Shown here one piece after another: positions 38,674 to 50,380 of a DNA stretch of 64,000 nt (its first letter is position 1; each line of letters begins with the position of its first letter). Position numbers and translations under genes: made by a program. The stretch comes from a bacterium (GTDB taxonomy: Bacteria > Patescibacteriota > Dojkabacteria > JAKAPS01): assembly GCA_021806925.1 (NCBI GenBank), contig JAKAPS010000003.1:10553-74552 (forward strand). The letters are read 5' to 3'. The notes under the pieces were generated by a model. The model saw only the letters and a list, made by a program, of their open reading frames with translations. It made no database searches and was not told the DNA's origin.

Positions 38674-41600
38674 ATGAGAAATTTTAAAGCAGTAAAAATA
38701 TCACTTGCTTCTCCTCAACAAATCCTATCCTGGAGTTATGGAGAAGTTAAAAAAGCAGAAACCATAAACTATAGAACTCTTAGAGCTGAAGTTGACGGAT
38801 TAATGTGTGAAAGAATATTCGGCCCTACAAAGAACTATGAGTGTTATTGTGGAAAATATAAGAAAATAAGGTATAAGGGGATAACATGTGATAAATGTGG
38901 AGTTGAGGTTACTGTAAGTTCAGTTAGGAGAGAGAGAATGGGACATATAGCATTAGTTTCTCCTGTCGCTCACATATGGTATTCACATGGAGTTCCTAAC
39001 AAGCTTGCAATAATATTAGATATAATGCAGAAGAAGCTTGAGAGTGTTATATATTTCTCAAGGTATATGATTGTTGATGTGAATGAAGAAGGAAAATCTA
39101 AAGCAATTGAAGTTCTGAATGATGAATTGAAAAAAGAGAAGGAATTGCTTGCAAGCAAACTGAATGAAAAAATAAGTGATATTATAAAGGAACGTGATGA
39201 TCAAATAAATACAGTGAAATTGAAAGTAGATGAGAATCCTGATGTAATAGGTATGACAGTTTTGAAACTTGAAACTAAGTACAATCAAATCATAGCAAAA
39301 GAGAAGGAAGATAATTATATTAAAATAAATGATATAGAAACTGATATGAATTCGTTGATTGATCTTGTTCAAAAAGTTGTTGTAGGTGAAACATTTTCTG
39401 AAGAAGATAATGCAAGACTTCAGGAAAAAGATATTAATTTCTACTCATTACAAATGGGTGCTGAAGCAATAAGAACATTATTGAAAAAAATAGATTTTAA
39501 CGAATTAGTAAAAACATTAAAGAATGATTTAAATTCTACTTCAGTTCAGAGAAGAATAAGGGCTGCTCAGAGACTTAAATATGTTGAGGGGTTACTTGTA
39601 AATCATATTGATCCATCTTGGATTATTATGGACAATATTGCTGTAATTCCACCTGGACTTAGGCCTATTGTTCCTTTAAGTGGAGGTAGATTTGCATCAA
39701 GTGATTTAAATGATTTATACAGGAGGGTTATTAATCGAAATAATAGACTGAAGAGGTTAATTGAATTAGGTGCTCCTGAAATAATATTAAGAAACGAAAA
39801 GAGAATGCTACAGGAATCAGTTGACGCATTATTTGATAACAGTCATAGATCATCTGCACCTGTACTAAATTCAAAGAAATTACCTCTTAAGTCATTATCT
39901 GATAATCTAAGAGGTAAGCAAGGTAGATTTAGGCAGAATTTACTTGGAAAGAGAGTAGATTACTCGGGTAGATCTGTTATTATTGCAGGATCTGATTTGA
40001 AACTTGATCAATGTGGATTACCAAAGAATATGGCACTTGAGTTATTTAGACCATTTGTCATGAAAGAGATTCTTCAAAGAGGATTAGCACAAAATATTAA
40101 AAGTGCTAAGACATATTTTGAAGGCAAATCTGATGAAGTATGGGATATACTTGAAGATGTAATAGTTGGAAGACCAGTATTGTTAAATAGAGCTCCAACA
40201 CTTCATAAGCAAGGTATACAAGCATTCTTCCCAGTCCTTATTTCAGGTAGTGCAATAAAATTACATCCATTAGTCTGTGCTGGATTCAATGCTGATTTTG
40301 ATGGTGATCAAATGGCAGTACATTTACCTTTGTCTGATGATGCAATTGAAGAGGCAAAGAACCTTATGATGGCAAAGCAGAATCTTATACTTGAAGCAGA
40401 CAGGTCTCCAATAATGCTGCCAAAATATGAGCTTGTTTATGGTTGTTTTTACTTGACTGCAATGAATAAGAAAAATGACAATGAGAAGATTTATTATTTT
40501 GCAGATAAGGCTGAAGCAATATCTGCACATGATGCAAAAATAATAGGATTATCACAACCTATAAAAGCAATCATTAACGGAAATTTAATTGAGACAACAG
40601 TAGGAAGAATAATATTTAATGAGACTCTTCCAGAGGGATTTGAATATGTCAATTATCAGGTAACATCTGATGATATAAAATCAATTGTAAATAAAATCAT
40701 TGGTTTAGTTGGCATAGAATATTCTGTTAAATATCTTGACTTAATTAAAGATATTGGATCAAAATATGCTACTTTATCTGGTTACTCTGTATCCATTGAG
40801 GATTGTATAATATCGCCTGATAGAGAATCCATAATCGATGAAGCTGAAGTAAAAATAAATGAACTTGAGTCATCATTTGGATTAGGTTTATTAACACAAG
40901 CTGAAAAAGATAGAGCTGCATCATTAATTTGGTCTGAAGCTTCTAATAAATTATCTACAGTTACATGGGATAACTTACCTGAAAATAACCCGATAAAATT
41001 AGCTATAAAGGCAAAAGCTATGAAAGCTTCTGCTGAACAGTATAAGCAAATTGCTGGTATGATTGGTTCAATTATTGACCTTTATGGAAAGATAATTCCA
41101 TTACCTATAAAATCAAACTACGTTATTGGATTAGGTGATATGGAATATTTTGTAGGAACTAGAGCAACAAGAAAAGTGTTCGCTGATGTAGCACTTAAAA
41201 CTGCAGAATCAGGATATCTTACGCGAAAATTAGTTGATGTCGCTCATAGTGTAATAGTAAGAGATGAAGATTGTCATACAAATAATCGTGGAGTATTTAT
41301 GTCGAAAAACTCAAATAGAAGAATATCTTTCAAAGATACAATCGTTGGTAGAGTATTGTCTGAAGATATTGTTGTTAGCGGAGAACCATTTGCTAAAAAT
41401 ACATTTGTTACAAAAGAATTATCTGATAAAATTATGGAAGATAATGAACTAACAGGTATTTTTGTAAGATCAATTATAACATGTGATGCACTTTATGGAG
41501 TATGTTCAATGTGTTATGGTGCTGATATGTCGAGTGGAAAGTTAGTTAATATAGGTTCAGCTGTAGGTGTTATTGCTGCTCAATCTTTAGGAGAACCTGC

Positions 41601-42534
41601 AACACAATTGACTTTAAACAGTAAGCACTCAGGTGGTGTCGCTGGAAAAGCTGATTTAACAACGCAAGGTTTACCTAGAGCAGAAGAACTTTATGAAGCA
41701 AGGATTCCAAAAGGTAAGGCAATAATTGCTGAAAATCCTGGAGTTGTAAATATTATTCAGGAAAACGGTAAAACTAAAGTTAAGATCATAAGTTCTAAAA
41801 AGACTCAATTTGAAATTGCAATAAGTTCAGAAGGTAAAATCTTTGTTGAAGATGGTGCAAAAGTAAAACCAGGGCAAATGATATATAAGTTAGGAGAAGT
41901 AAAATCAGTTGCACCATTTAAAGGAATTGTAAGAATAAATTTAGATGAGAAAAAGATATATATAGAAAGTGATAAGATTCATGAAACTGAGTACTTGATA
42001 CCAAATGACGCCGAATTACTTGTTGGTAATGAAGAGGAGGTTAACTCAGGACAATTAATTACTAGAGGTAACATCGATCCAAAACTCTTGCTTGATACAG
42101 TAGGCATGGAGAAAGCTCTTGAATATATAATTGATAATATTGAGTTAACATATGGATTAAATGGACTTGCAATTGATAGTAAGCATATTGAAGTAATAGT
42201 ATCTCAAATGGCTAGGTATGTTAAAATCATTGATCCTGGTGATAGTGGATACATACTTGGTGAATACAAAGACAGATCTGACGTAAGGATAATGAATAAA
42301 AAACTTCGTGAAGAAAATAAAAAAGAAGTTGTATCAAAGGATCAACTTATGGGAATAACTGCATCATCAATGAGAACTGAAAGTTTTCTTTCTTCTGCAT
42401 CATTCCAAGAACAGGTACGTGTATTAAGTGAAGCTGCTTTACTTGGTAAGGTAGATTACTTGCGTGGCTTGAAAGAAAATGTTATTATTGGGAAGCGAAT
42501 CCCAGTTGATATGAGCGCAAAAATAGAAAATTAA
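38674..42534 (+). CDS. rpoC: DNA-directed RNA polymerase subunit beta'
   Basis: Zn-finger CYCGKYKKIRYKGITCDKCG, catalytic NADFDGDQMAVH, PVLLNRAPTLHKQGIQAF and other beta' blocks. Confidence 0.95.
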   Translation: MRNFKAVKISLASPQQILSWSYGEVKKAETINYRTLRAEVDGLMCERIFGPTKNYECYCGKYKKIRYKGITCDKCGVEVTVSSVRRERMGHIALVSPVAHIWYSHGVPNKLAIILDIMQKKLESVIYFSRYMIVDVNEEGKSKAIEVLNDELKKEKELLASKLNEKISDIIKERDDQINTVKLKVDENPDVIGMTVLKLETKYNQIIAKEKEDNYIKINDIETDMNSLIDLVQKVVVGETFSEEDNARLQEKDINFYSLQMGAEAIRTLLKKIDFNELVKTLKNDLNSTSVQRRIRAAQRLKYVEGLLVNHIDPSWIIMDNIAVIPPGLRPIVPLSGGRFASSDLNDLYRRVINRNNRLKRLIELGAPEIILRNEKRMLQESVDALFDNSHRSSAPVLNSKKLPLKSLSDNLRGKQGRFRQNLLGKRVDYSGRSVIIAGSDLKLDQCGLPKNMALELFRPFVMKEILQRGLAQNIKSAKTYFEGKSDEVWDILEDVIVGRPVLLNRAPTLHKQGIQAFFPVLISGSAIKLHPLVCAGFNADFDGDQMAVHLPLSDDAIEEAKNLMMAKQNLILEADRSPIMLPKYELVYGCFYLTAMNKKNDNEKIYYFADKAEAISAHDAKIIGLSQPIKAIINGNLIETTVGRIIFNETLPEGFEYVNYQVTSDDIKSIVNKIIGLVGIEYSVKYLDLIKDIGSKYATLSGYSVSIEDCIISPDRESIIDEAEVKINELESSFGLGLLTQAEKDRAASLIWSEASNKLSTVTWDNLPENNPIKLAIKAKAMKASAEQYKQIAGMIGSIIDLYGKIIPLPIKSNYVIGLGDMEYFVGTRATRKVFADVALKTAESGYLTRKLVDVAHSVIVRDEDCHTNNRGVFMSKNSNRRISFKDTIVGRVLSEDIVVSGEPFAKNTFVTKELSDKIMEDNELTGIFVRSIITCDALYGVCSMCYGADMSSGKLVNIGSAVGVIAAQSLGEPATQLTLNSKHSGGVAGKADLTTQGLPRAEELYEARIPKGKAIIAENPGVVNIIQENGKTKVKIISSKKTQFEIAISSEGKIFVEDGAKVKPGQMIYKLGEVKSVAPFKGIVRINLDEKKIYIESDKIHETEYLIPNDAELLVGNEEEVNSGQLITRGNIDPKLLLDTVGMEKALEYIIDNIELTYGLNGLAIDSKHIEVIVSQMARYVKIIDPGDSGYILGEYKDRSDVRIMNKKLREENKKEVVSKDQLMGITASSMRTESFLSSASFQEQVRVLSEAALLGKVDYLRGLKENVIIGKRIPVDMSAKIEN

Positions 42535-42537
42535 TAT

Positions 42538-42954
42538 ATGGCAAGAATATCTCAACTTGTAAGAAAACCTAGAGTACGAACAAAGTCAAAGGTTAAATAT
42601 AAAGCTTTTAGAAAAACATTTAACAGTGTTAAGACTAAATATATTGAAAGTACTAGTCCATTTAAGAGGGGAGTCTGTTTATTAGTTAAGACAATGACTC
42701 CAAGGAAGCCAAACTCAGCTTTACGAAAAGTCGCAAGGGTAAGGTTATCGAATAAAATGGAGGTAACTGCATACATTCCTGGAATAGGACATGAATTGCA
42801 GGAGCATTCCGTTGTTCTTGTAAAGGCTGGAAGAACTCCTGATTTACCACTTGTTAAATATAAAATTGTTCGTGGAGTGTATGACGCAAAAGGTGTTGCC
42901 ACAAGAAAACAAGGTAGATCCTTATATGGAGTTAAAGCACCAAAAGCAAAATAA
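42538..42954 (+). CDS. rpsL: 30S ribosomal protein S12, with a ~14-aa N-terminal insertion relative to typical S12
   Basis: [15 protein letters not shown]...[18 protein letters not shown] core. Confidence 0.9.
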   Translation: MARISQLVRKPRVRTKSKVKYKAFRKTFNSVKTKYIESTSPFKRGVCLLVKTMTPRKPNSALRKVARVRLSNKMEVTAYIPGIGHELQEHSVVLVKAGRTPDLPLVKYKIVRGVYDAKGVATRKQGRSLYGVKAPKAK

Positions 42955-42967
42955 ATAGAAAAATATT

Positions 42968-43432
42968 ATGAGAGGTAAAAAAGCTACAAAAAGAAAAATT
43001 CAACCTGAGGTAAAGTATAACAGTGTTTTAGCTGCAAAATTCATAAACAATATGATGAGATCAGGTAAGAAAACTGTATCAAGAGGAATATTTTTAGGAG
43101 CACTTGAGATTGTAGGGAAAGAACTTAATCAAGAACCCTATGAAATATTTGAAAAAGCAATACAGAACTGCATGCCTCAAATGGAGGTCAGGTCTAAAAG
43201 GATTGGTGGAGCTAACTATCAAATACCTATTCCTGTTGAAATTGATAGATCTCAGGCACTTGCTATGAAATGGATAATTTCATTTGCAAGACAGAGAAAA
43301 GGTAAGGATATGGTTAATAAGCTTGCTCTTGAGATTATAGATGCTTCAAATAAGACAGGTGGTGCAATTAAGAAAATGGAAGATACACATAAGGCAGCTG
43401 AAGCAAATAAGGCATTTAGTCATTATAGATAA
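42968..43432 (+). CDS. rpsG: 30S ribosomal protein S7
   Basis: [12 protein letters not shown] and [18 protein letters not shown] blocks. Confidence 0.9.
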   Translation: MRGKKATKRKIQPEVKYNSVLAAKFINNMMRSGKKTVSRGIFLGALEIVGKELNQEPYEIFEKAIQNCMPQMEVRSKRIGGANYQIPIPVEIDRSQALAMKWIISFARQRKGKDMVNKLALEIIDASNKTGGAIKKMEDTHKAAEANKAFSHYR

Positions 43433-43449
43433 TAGATAATTTTTATCAT

Positions 43450-45534
43450 ATGAAGAAAACAGTTTCATTAAAAAATATAAGAAATATAGGAATTATTGCT
43501 CATATTGATGCAGGAAAAACAACTACTACTGAGAGAATCCTTTATTATACTGGAAAAACGCATAAGATAGGTGAAGTTCACGATGGTGCTGCAACAATGG
43601 ATTACATGGTTCAGGAGCAAGAGAGAGGAATTACTATAACAAGTGCTGCAACTACGGCTTTTTGGGACGTAGGAGGAGTTACATATAGAATTAATATAAT
43701 TGATACGCCTGGGCACGTTGATTTTACAGCAGAGGTTGAAAGGTCCTTAAGGGTACTTGATGGAGCTGTCGTAGTATTTGATGGTAAAATGGGTGTTGAG
43801 CCTCAAAGTGAAACAGTGTGGAGGCAAGCTGATAAATATAATGTCCCAAGAATTTGTTTTATAAATAAATTGGATGCTATTGGTGGAGATTTTTACATGT
43901 CATTAGATTCAATTGATGAAAGACTTGGTGTTAATGCTGTTGCTATTAATATTCCAGTTGGTATTGAAAATAACTTTAATGGTGTAATTGACCTTATTAC
44001 TGGTAAGTACATATATTATGCAAATGATAAAGGAACTGATATGCAAATCATTGATATTCCTGATGAATATAAAGAGAGTTATGAGAAGTATAGAAAATTA
44101 TTGATTGAAAAAGTTGCTGAAACTGATGATAAACTACTCAATAAGTATTTGTCAGCTGAAGATATAACAGAATCTGAACTTGAAATTGCACTTAGGAATG
44201 CAGTTATAAGCTTGAAGCTTTACCCTGTACTTGCTGGTGCATCTTTAGGAAATAAAGGAGTTCAAATTCTATTAGATGCAGTTGCGAAATATCTTCCATC
44301 TCCAATGGATAAAGCTACTATTGTTGGAACTGATGTAAATACTCAAGAAAAAATTGAAAGAAAACAAGTTGAGGAAGAACCATTTAGTGCATTGGTATTT
44401 AAGATTGTTATGGATGAACATGTTGGTAAACTTTCATTCGTAAGAGTTTACAGTGGGTCTGTAAAGGAAGGTTCTTTTATATATAATTCTACAACTGGTG
44501 AGAGGGAACGTGTTTCAAGAATTATGTTAATGCATGCTAATCACAGAGAGCAGGTTGAAAGTCTTGCTGCTGGTGAGATAGGTGCAATTATAGGATTCAA
44601 GAGTACTACTACAGGTCATACTATTTGTGATATAGATAATCCAATTTTATTAGAGAAAATTGTATTTCCAGAACCAGTTATTTCTATGGCAATTGAGCCA
44701 AATACAAAACAAGATCAAGAAAAATTATCAATTGCTATTCAAAAATTAGCCGAAGAGGATCCAACTTTTAGAGTTGTAACGAATCCTGAAACTTCTCAAA
44801 CAATAATATCTGGAATGGGTGAATTACATCTTGATATTCTTGTTGACAGAATGAAAAGAGAATATAAAGTGGAAGCGAAAATTGGTAAACCTCAGGTTGC
44901 TTATAGGGAAACAATTACAACTGAGGCAAAGTGCCAAGGTAAATATATAAAGCAATCTGGTGGTCATGGTCAATATGGTGATTGTTGGCTTAAATTAACT
45001 CCGAATGAAAGAGGTAAAGGATATGAATTTTCAAATGATATTAAAGGTGCATTGATTCCTAATGAATACATACCTGCAATAAATAAGGGGGTAGAATCTG
45101 CAATGCAGTCTGGGGTTGTAGCAAATTATCCAGTTGTTGATGTTAAAGTTAGTGTATATGATGGTTCTTACCATGATGTTGATTCTTCTGAATTAGCATT
45201 TAAAATGGCAGGAATAATTGCATTTAAGGATGCTATGAAATTGGCAAACCCAGTAATTCTTGAACCAATTATGAAGGTTGAAGTTGTTTGTCCTGAACAA
45301 TCTGTTGGTGACATTACTGGTATGCTTGCTTCAAAGAGAGCAGTTATTGAAGAGATGACAATGAGGGGGAATGCGAAAGTTGTTGTTGCAAAAGTCCCAC
45401 TAGAATCAATGTTTGGATTTGTACAAGAGCTTAGATCAATAACATCAGGTCGTGGATCAAGTTCAATGGAGTTTTCTCACTACAGCATTGTTCCAAAAAA
45501 TGTTGAAGGTGAAATTATTAAAGGTGAAAAATAA
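43450..45534 (+). CDS. fusA: Elongation factor G
   Basis: [21 protein letters not shown]-domain, 694 aa. Confidence 0.95.
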   Translation: MKKTVSLKNIRNIGIIAHIDAGKTTTTERILYYTGKTHKIGEVHDGAATMDYMVQEQERGITITSAATTAFWDVGGVTYRINIIDTPGHVDFTAEVERSLRVLDGAVVVFDGKMGVEPQSETVWRQADKYNVPRICFINKLDAIGGDFYMSLDSIDERLGVNAVAINIPVGIENNFNGVIDLITGKYIYYANDKGTDMQIIDIPDEYKESYEKYRKLLIEKVAETDDKLLNKYLSAEDITESELEIALRNAVISLKLYPVLAGASLGNKGVQILLDAVAKYLPSPMDKATIVGTDVNTQEKIERKQVEEEPFSALVFKIVMDEHVGKLSFVRVYSGSVKEGSFIYNSTTGERERVSRIMLMHANHREQVESLAAGEIGAIIGFKSTTTGHTICDIDNPILLEKIVFPEPVISMAIEPNTKQDQEKLSIAIQKLAEEDPTFRVVTNPETSQTIISGMGELHLDILVDRMKREYKVEAKIGKPQVAYRETITTEAKCQGKYIKQSGGHGQYGDCWLKLTPNERGKGYEFSNDIKGALIPNEYIPAINKGVESAMQSGVVANYPVVDVKVSVYDGSYHDVDSSELAFKMAGIIAFKDAMKLANPVILEPIMKVEVVCPEQSVGDITGMLASKRAVIEEMTMRGNAKVVVAKVPLESMFGFVQELRSITSGRGSSSMEFSHYSIVPKNVEGEIIKGEK

Positions 45535-45634
45535 CATACTTTACAAATTGTTGTGGGTATGATATAAAAATTAGAGATTATTCAAAAGTAATATTATTGA
45601 ATCTCTTTATTTAAAAAAAATATATTATATAAAA

Positions 45635-46840
45635 ATGGCAGATATTTTTAACAGAACGAAACCTCACAAAAATGTAGGTACCATAGGTCATGTTGATCAT
45701 GGTAAAACAACTTTAACAGCAGCAATACTTAAAGTACTTGCAGCTGCAGGATTTGCAGCTCAAAGTAAGAAAGTATCCGATTTGGATAAAGCTCCTGAAT
45801 CAAGACAGAGAGGTATAACAATTGCAACAGCACATACTGAATACGAAACTGAAAAGTTCCATTATGCTCATGTAGATTGTCCTGGACATGCTGATTATGT
45901 TAAGAACATGATCACAGGTGCAGCTCAGATGGATGGTGCTATACTTGTTGTAGCTGCAACAGATGGTCCAATGCCACAAACTAGAGAACATATATTGTTA
46001 TCTAGGCAGGTTGGTGTACCTAAGATTGTTGTATTCCTCAACAAGGTTGATATGGTTGATGATCCTGAATTGTTAGAGTTGGTTGAAATTGAAATTCGTG
46101 AATTATTAACAAGCTATGGCTTTGATGGAAATGAAACACCAATTATTAAGGGTAGTGCATTAAAAGCACTTGAGTGTGGATGTGGTAAGAGAGATTGTCA
46201 GTGGTGTGGTAGAGTTCTGGAATTAATGGATAATGTTGATTCATACATTCCTCTACCGGAAAGAGCAACTGATAAAGCTTTCCTTCTTCCAATTGAAGAT
46301 GTTTTCTCAATTGAGGGAAGAGGTACTGTTGCTACAGGTAGAATTGAAAGAGGTGTTGTTAAGATTAATGATGAAGTTGAACTTGTTGGTTTAACTAAAG
46401 AGCCAAGAAAACTTGTTGTAACTGGTGTTCAAATGTTCAATAAGGATTTGAGCGAAGGTCAAGCAGGGGACAATGTTGGATTATTATTGAGAGGTATAAA
46501 AAGAGAAGAAGTAGAGAGAGGTCAAGTACTTGCAAAGCCTGGTACAATAACTCCTCATACATCATTTGAAGCTGAAGTTTATATTCTAACAAAAGAAGAA
46601 GGTGGTAGAAGTACACCTTTCATGAAAGGATATAGACCACAGTTCTATATTAGAACAACTGATGTTACTGGTGAAGTTACTTCTCTTCCTCAAGATGTTG
46701 AGATGGTAATACCTGGTGATAATATTAAGATGACTGTTGAATTAATTATTCCTATTGCAATGGAAGAAGGAGTAAGGTTTGCAATAAGAGAAGGTGGAAG
46801 AACAGTTGGTGCAGGTGTTGTAACAAAAATTATTAAATAG
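45635..46840 (+). CDS. tuf: Elongation factor Tu, with an unusual Cys4 insertion (C181, C183, C188, C191) in domain I
   Basis: [41 protein letters not shown] of E. coli is replaced by [20 protein letters not shown]. Confidence 0.95.
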   Translation: MADIFNRTKPHKNVGTIGHVDHGKTTLTAAILKVLAAAGFAAQSKKVSDLDKAPESRQRGITIATAHTEYETEKFHYAHVDCPGHADYVKNMITGAAQMDGAILVVAATDGPMPQTREHILLSRQVGVPKIVVFLNKVDMVDDPELLELVEIEIRELLTSYGFDGNETPIIKGSALKALECGCGKRDCQWCGRVLELMDNVDSYIPLPERATDKAFLLPIEDVFSIEGRGTVATGRIERGVVKINDEVELVGLTKEPRKLVVTGVQMFNKDLSEGQAGDNVGLLLRGIKREEVERGQVLAKPGTITPHTSFEAEVYILTKEEGGRSTPFMKGYRPQFYIRTTDVTGEVTSLPQDVEMVIPGDNIKMTVELIIPIAMEEGVRFAIREGGRTVGAGVVTKIIK

Positions 46841-46851
46841 AAATATATTAT

Positions 46852-47157
46852 ATGGGAGTAGTAAAAATAAAGGTTAAGCTTAGAGGCTATGATTCTAAAG
46901 TCGTAGATAGTTCTGCACGCCTTATAATTGACGCAACAACTAGAAGTGGAGCAAGGGTAAATGGTCCAATTCCACTTCCTACTAAAAGAAAAGTTTATTG
47001 CGTCAATGCTTCTCCCCATATAGATAAAAGAGCAATGGAGCATTTTGAAATGAGAGTTCATGGAAGGCTTCTTGTTATTCTTGATCCAAATCCGAAAACT
47101 ATTGATGTTTTAACGCATCTTCAGCTTCCGGTGGGTGTTGGTATTGAAATAAAATAA
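46852..47157 (+). CDS. rpsJ: 30S ribosomal protein S10
   Basis: IKVKLRGYD...ARVNGPIPLPT block. Confidence 0.9.
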   Translation: MGVVKIKVKLRGYDSKVVDSSARLIIDATTRSGARVNGPIPLPTKRKVYCVNASPHIDKRAMEHFEMRVHGRLLVILDPNPKTIDVLTHLQLPVGVGIEIK

Positions 47158-47171
47158 AGAAATATATACAA

Positions 47172-47783
47172 ATGGCTTATTTATTAGGTTTAAAATTAGA
47201 TATGTCTCAGGTTTTTGATCCTGAAACAGGAAAGGTTAGTCCAGTAACTCTTGTTTCATTAAAATCTTGTAGAGTTGTTAATATAAAGAGTCTTGATAAC
47301 GGGAAAACAAAAATATGGATTGGTTTGAGCAGTGCAAAACATCCTAAAAAACCTATGAAAGGTATAATAAAAGGTACTTCTGTTCCTCGTTACTTCATAT
47401 CTGTAGATAATTTTAATGATTCATTAAAAGTTGGTGATCCAATTGATTCATCACTTTTAACAAAAGGCTCAATGCTAACAATATGTTCAGTATCAAAGGG
47501 AAAAGGGTTTCAAGGAGTGTTTAGAAGATACAATTTTAGAGGTATGGGAGGTAGAACTCATGGAGCATCTAATAAGGAGAGGGCTATAGGTTCTATTGGT
47601 TCTGGTACTACCTTAGGTAGAGTCTTTAAAAATCAGAAAATGGCTGGTAGAATGGGTGGAAACAGAAAAACAATATCTGGCGTTAAGCTTGTTGATATTG
47701 TCTCAAATGATTTAATTGCTTTAAAGGGTTCTATTCCTGGAGCAAGAAATAGTTTAGTAATTATAAATGATGCAAGTAAGTAA
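47172..47783 (+). CDS. rplC: 50S ribosomal protein L3
   Basis: S10-operon position; FQGVFRRYNFRGMGGRTHGAS block. Confidence 0.9.
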   Translation: MAYLLGLKLDMSQVFDPETGKVSPVTLVSLKSCRVVNIKSLDNGKTKIWIGLSSAKHPKKPMKGIIKGTSVPRYFISVDNFNDSLKVGDPIDSSLLTKGSMLTICSVSKGKGFQGVFRRYNFRGMGGRTHGASNKERAIGSIGSGTTLGRVFKNQKMAGRMGGNRKTISGVKLVDIVSNDLIALKGSIPGARNSLVIINDASK

Positions 47784-48609
47784 AATTTTAGATAATGGTA
47801 CATTAGTGATTAATGCTTTTGAATTCTCTAATGTAGTTGCTCAAAAAGAGAAGAGTTATGATACTCTTTTAAGACAATTTATTCATGTAACTGGAATAAA
47901 TAGAAGAAATGCTGTTGCACATGCTAAAGGAAGAGCTTTAGTTATTGGTTCTAATAAAAAGCGTGGCAGGAATAACAAAACTGGTTCTGCGAGGCATGGT
48001 GATAGTAGAAGTCCATTATTTAGAGGTGGTGGAGTCGCTTTTGGTCCTACTAAAATAGAATATACTGCTAAAATCAACAAGTCATCTAGAAATATTCTTT
48101 TGCCTTACCTTGTTTCTGACTATGTGAAGAATAATAAGTTTTTTGTTTATGAGAATTTGAATTTTTCTAAAACAAAAGATTTTGCAAATTTTATTTCAGA
48201 GTTCTTTAAAAGTAATGATTTTGATTTTGGTAAAGTCCTATTTATAACTCATAAAGATGAGTATAAATCTGTGAAGAGATTTATTAATAATATAAATTAT
48301 GCTAATATTGTTGCATCTGATGCAATTGATTTAATGGCAATGGTTGAATCTAAGTATATATTTATATCAGAGAAATCATTATCTGGTGGTTTTGATAAAT
48401 TCTTTACTTCAACTAATTTACTAGGAAGTTCAATAGATAAATCTAAGGAAGCAAAATTGAGTAAAAAAGAGCAATTGAGTACTAAAAAAGCAAAGAATGC
48501 AAAAGAGGATAAAAAAAATATTGAAAAAAAACTAAAAATTAAATCTGAAAGATCTTCTAAGGAGAAGGATTCTTCTAGCAAAAAAAAAGTAAAAGAAACT
48601 GAAAAATGA
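47767..48609 (+). CDS. rplD: 50S ribosomal protein L4 with a ~80-aa Lys/Glu/Ser-rich C-terminal extension
   Basis: NRRNAVAHAKGRA...GSARHGDSRSPLFRGGGVAFGP core; operon position. Confidence 0.85.
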   Translation: MMQVSKILDNGTLVINAFEFSNVVAQKEKSYDTLLRQFIHVTGINRRNAVAHAKGRALVIGSNKKRGRNNKTGSARHGDSRSPLFRGGGVAFGPTKIEYTAKINKSSRNILLPYLVSDYVKNNKFFVYENLNFSKTKDFANFISEFFKSNDFDFGKVLFITHKDEYKSVKRFINNINYANIVASDAIDLMAMVESKYIFISEKSLSGGFDKFFTSTNLLGSSIDKSKEAKLSKKEQLSTKKAKNAKEDKKNIEKKLKIKSERSSKEKDSSSKKKVKETEK

Positions 48610-48911
48610 ATCTAAAAACAACAATTAAGAATTTAGTTTTAAATGAGAAATCACTTTTGAAGGTGAATGATAATGTTTATACTTTCTATGTTGATGTAAA
48701 TGCATCAAAGAAAGATATTATGAAATCATTTGAAAAACTTTACGGAACAAAAGCTTTATCCGTAAACACTGTTTTGCTAAGAAGGAAAATGAAAGTTTCC
48801 AGATTTACTAAAGCATATAAACCTTATATGATTAGTAAAAGAAAGAAAGCATTAATTAAAGTTGATAAAGGATTTAAAATAAAGCACTTTGAGGATATAG
48901 TTAGTAAATAA
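48606..48911 (+). CDS. rplW: 50S ribosomal protein L23
   Basis: Operon position and size; YTFYVDVNASKKDI block. Confidence 0.85.
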   Translation: MNLKTTIKNLVLNEKSLLKVNDNVYTFYVDVNASKKDIMKSFEKLYGTKALSVNTVLLRRKMKVSRFTKAYKPYMISKRKKALIKVDKGFKIKHFEDIVSK

Positions 48912-48913
48912 AT

Positions 48914-49732
48914 ATGTTAAAACAAATTAAACCAATAACAAATGGAAGAAGAGGTACTGTATTACTTGTTAAGCCTAAAAAAAATGTATCTTTAAAAGCT
49001 TTAACAAAGAAATTATCTGTTAAAAGTGGAAGAAACAACAGAGGTGTAATTACTGTGAGGCATAAATCAGGTGGTGCCAAAAAGCTTTATAGGGTTATTG
49101 ACTTTAAGAGAAACAATTTTAATATTGAAGGAGTTGTAAAGCAAATTGAATATGACCCAAACAGAAATGCATTTATTGCATTAGTCTTCTATAAAAATGG
49201 TGATAAGAGGTATATCTTAGCACCTAAGGGTTTAGAAGTTGGTTCTACTGTAATTTCAGCTGAAAAAACACCAATTGAGATTGGAAATTCAATGAAAATA
49301 GAAAATATTCCTGAGGGAACAGAAATTCATAATATTGAATTGAATCCTAATAAGGGCGGTGTCATTGCAAGAAGTGCTGGAAATTACGCAACAGTAATGT
49401 CATTTGATAAGAAATATTGTCAGTTAAGACTCCCATCAGGTGAAATTAGATTAGTTTTAAAATCAAACTATGCTACAATTGGTCAAGTTTCTAATGCTGA
49501 TTTTGTAAATGTTAAGATTGGTAAAGCAGGAAGAAGCAGACACCTTGGTATTAAACCTACTGTAAGAGGTGTAGCCATGCATCCTTTTGATCACCCACAT
49601 GGTGGTGGTGAAGGAAGAGGAGGTACAGGTGGTCCATCAAAAGATGTTTATGGTAACGTTAGATTAAGAAAAACAAGAAAGAATAAAAGAACTCAAAAGT
49701 TCATTATTTCTTCAAGAAAAAATAAAAAATAG
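48914..49732 (+). CDS. rplB: 50S ribosomal protein L2
   Basis: GRNNRGVITVRHKSGG, MHPFDHPHGGGEGR blocks. Confidence 0.95.
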   Translation: MLKQIKPITNGRRGTVLLVKPKKNVSLKALTKKLSVKSGRNNRGVITVRHKSGGAKKLYRVIDFKRNNFNIEGVVKQIEYDPNRNAFIALVFYKNGDKRYILAPKGLEVGSTVISAEKTPIEIGNSMKIENIPEGTEIHNIELNPNKGGVIARSAGNYATVMSFDKKYCQLRLPSGEIRLVLKSNYATIGQVSNADFVNVKIGKAGRSRHLGIKPTVRGVAMHPFDHPHGGGEGRGGTGGPSKDVYGNVRLRKTRKNKRTQKFIISSRKNKK

Positions 49733-49738
49733 TAATAT

Positions 49739-50047
49739 ATGTCAAGGTCATTAAAAAAAGGTCCAGCAATTGACCCAAAATTATTAAAAAAAGTTGCTAA
49801 GTTAAATGCTAACAAAGAAAACAAACCAATAAAAACCTGGAGCAGGTGGGCTATTATATCTCCAGAAATGGTTGGGTTTACTTTTGCTGTTCATAATGGT
49901 AAAATTCATATACCTGTCTTTGTTACAGAGTCTATGGTTGGCCATAAACTTGGTGAATTTTCACTTACAAGAGTGTTTAAAGGACATAGTAAAAAGGGTA
50001 AGATTGCACAGAATACAGGTTCAACTGGTAGAATAAATAAGGAGTAA
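49739..50047 (+). CDS. rpsS: 30S ribosomal protein S19
   Basis: MSRSLKKGP...[23 protein letters not shown] block. Confidence 0.9.
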   Translation: MSRSLKKGPAIDPKLLKKVAKLNANKENKPIKTWSRWAIISPEMVGFTFAVHNGKIHIPVFVTESMVGHKLGEFSLTRVFKGHSKKGKIAQNTGSTGRINKE

Positions 50048-50048
50048 T

Positions 50049-50375
50049 ATGAATTATATAGCTAAAGCAAACAAATTAACGGTATCTTATAGGAAATTGA
50101 ATAAATTTGCTGATGTTGCAAGAGGCAAAAATGTTGATTATGCACTTGCAATGTTGAAATCCATTAATAGTAGGTCTGCTGTTGAATTGTTTAAGGTTAT
50201 ACATAGTGCAAAGAGTAATGCAGAAAATAACTTTAAAGCAAATTCTGCTGATCTTGTTGTTAGAGAAATTAAAATTGGAAGAGCAAGATTGCTGAAAAGA
50301 CTAAGATTTGCATCACATTCTAAAACGGGCAAACTTCTTGTCAGGCAATCAAATATTTATGTAATATTAAATTAA
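50049..50375 (+). CDS. rplV: 50S ribosomal protein L22
   Basis: Operon position; RARLLKRLRFASHSKTGKL C-terminus. Confidence 0.85.
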   Translation: MNYIAKANKLTVSYRKLNKFADVARGKNVDYALAMLKSINSRSAVELFKVIHSAKSNAENNFKANSADLVVREIKIGRARLLKRLRFASHSKTGKLLVRQSNIYVILN

Positions 50376-50380
50376 AAATT

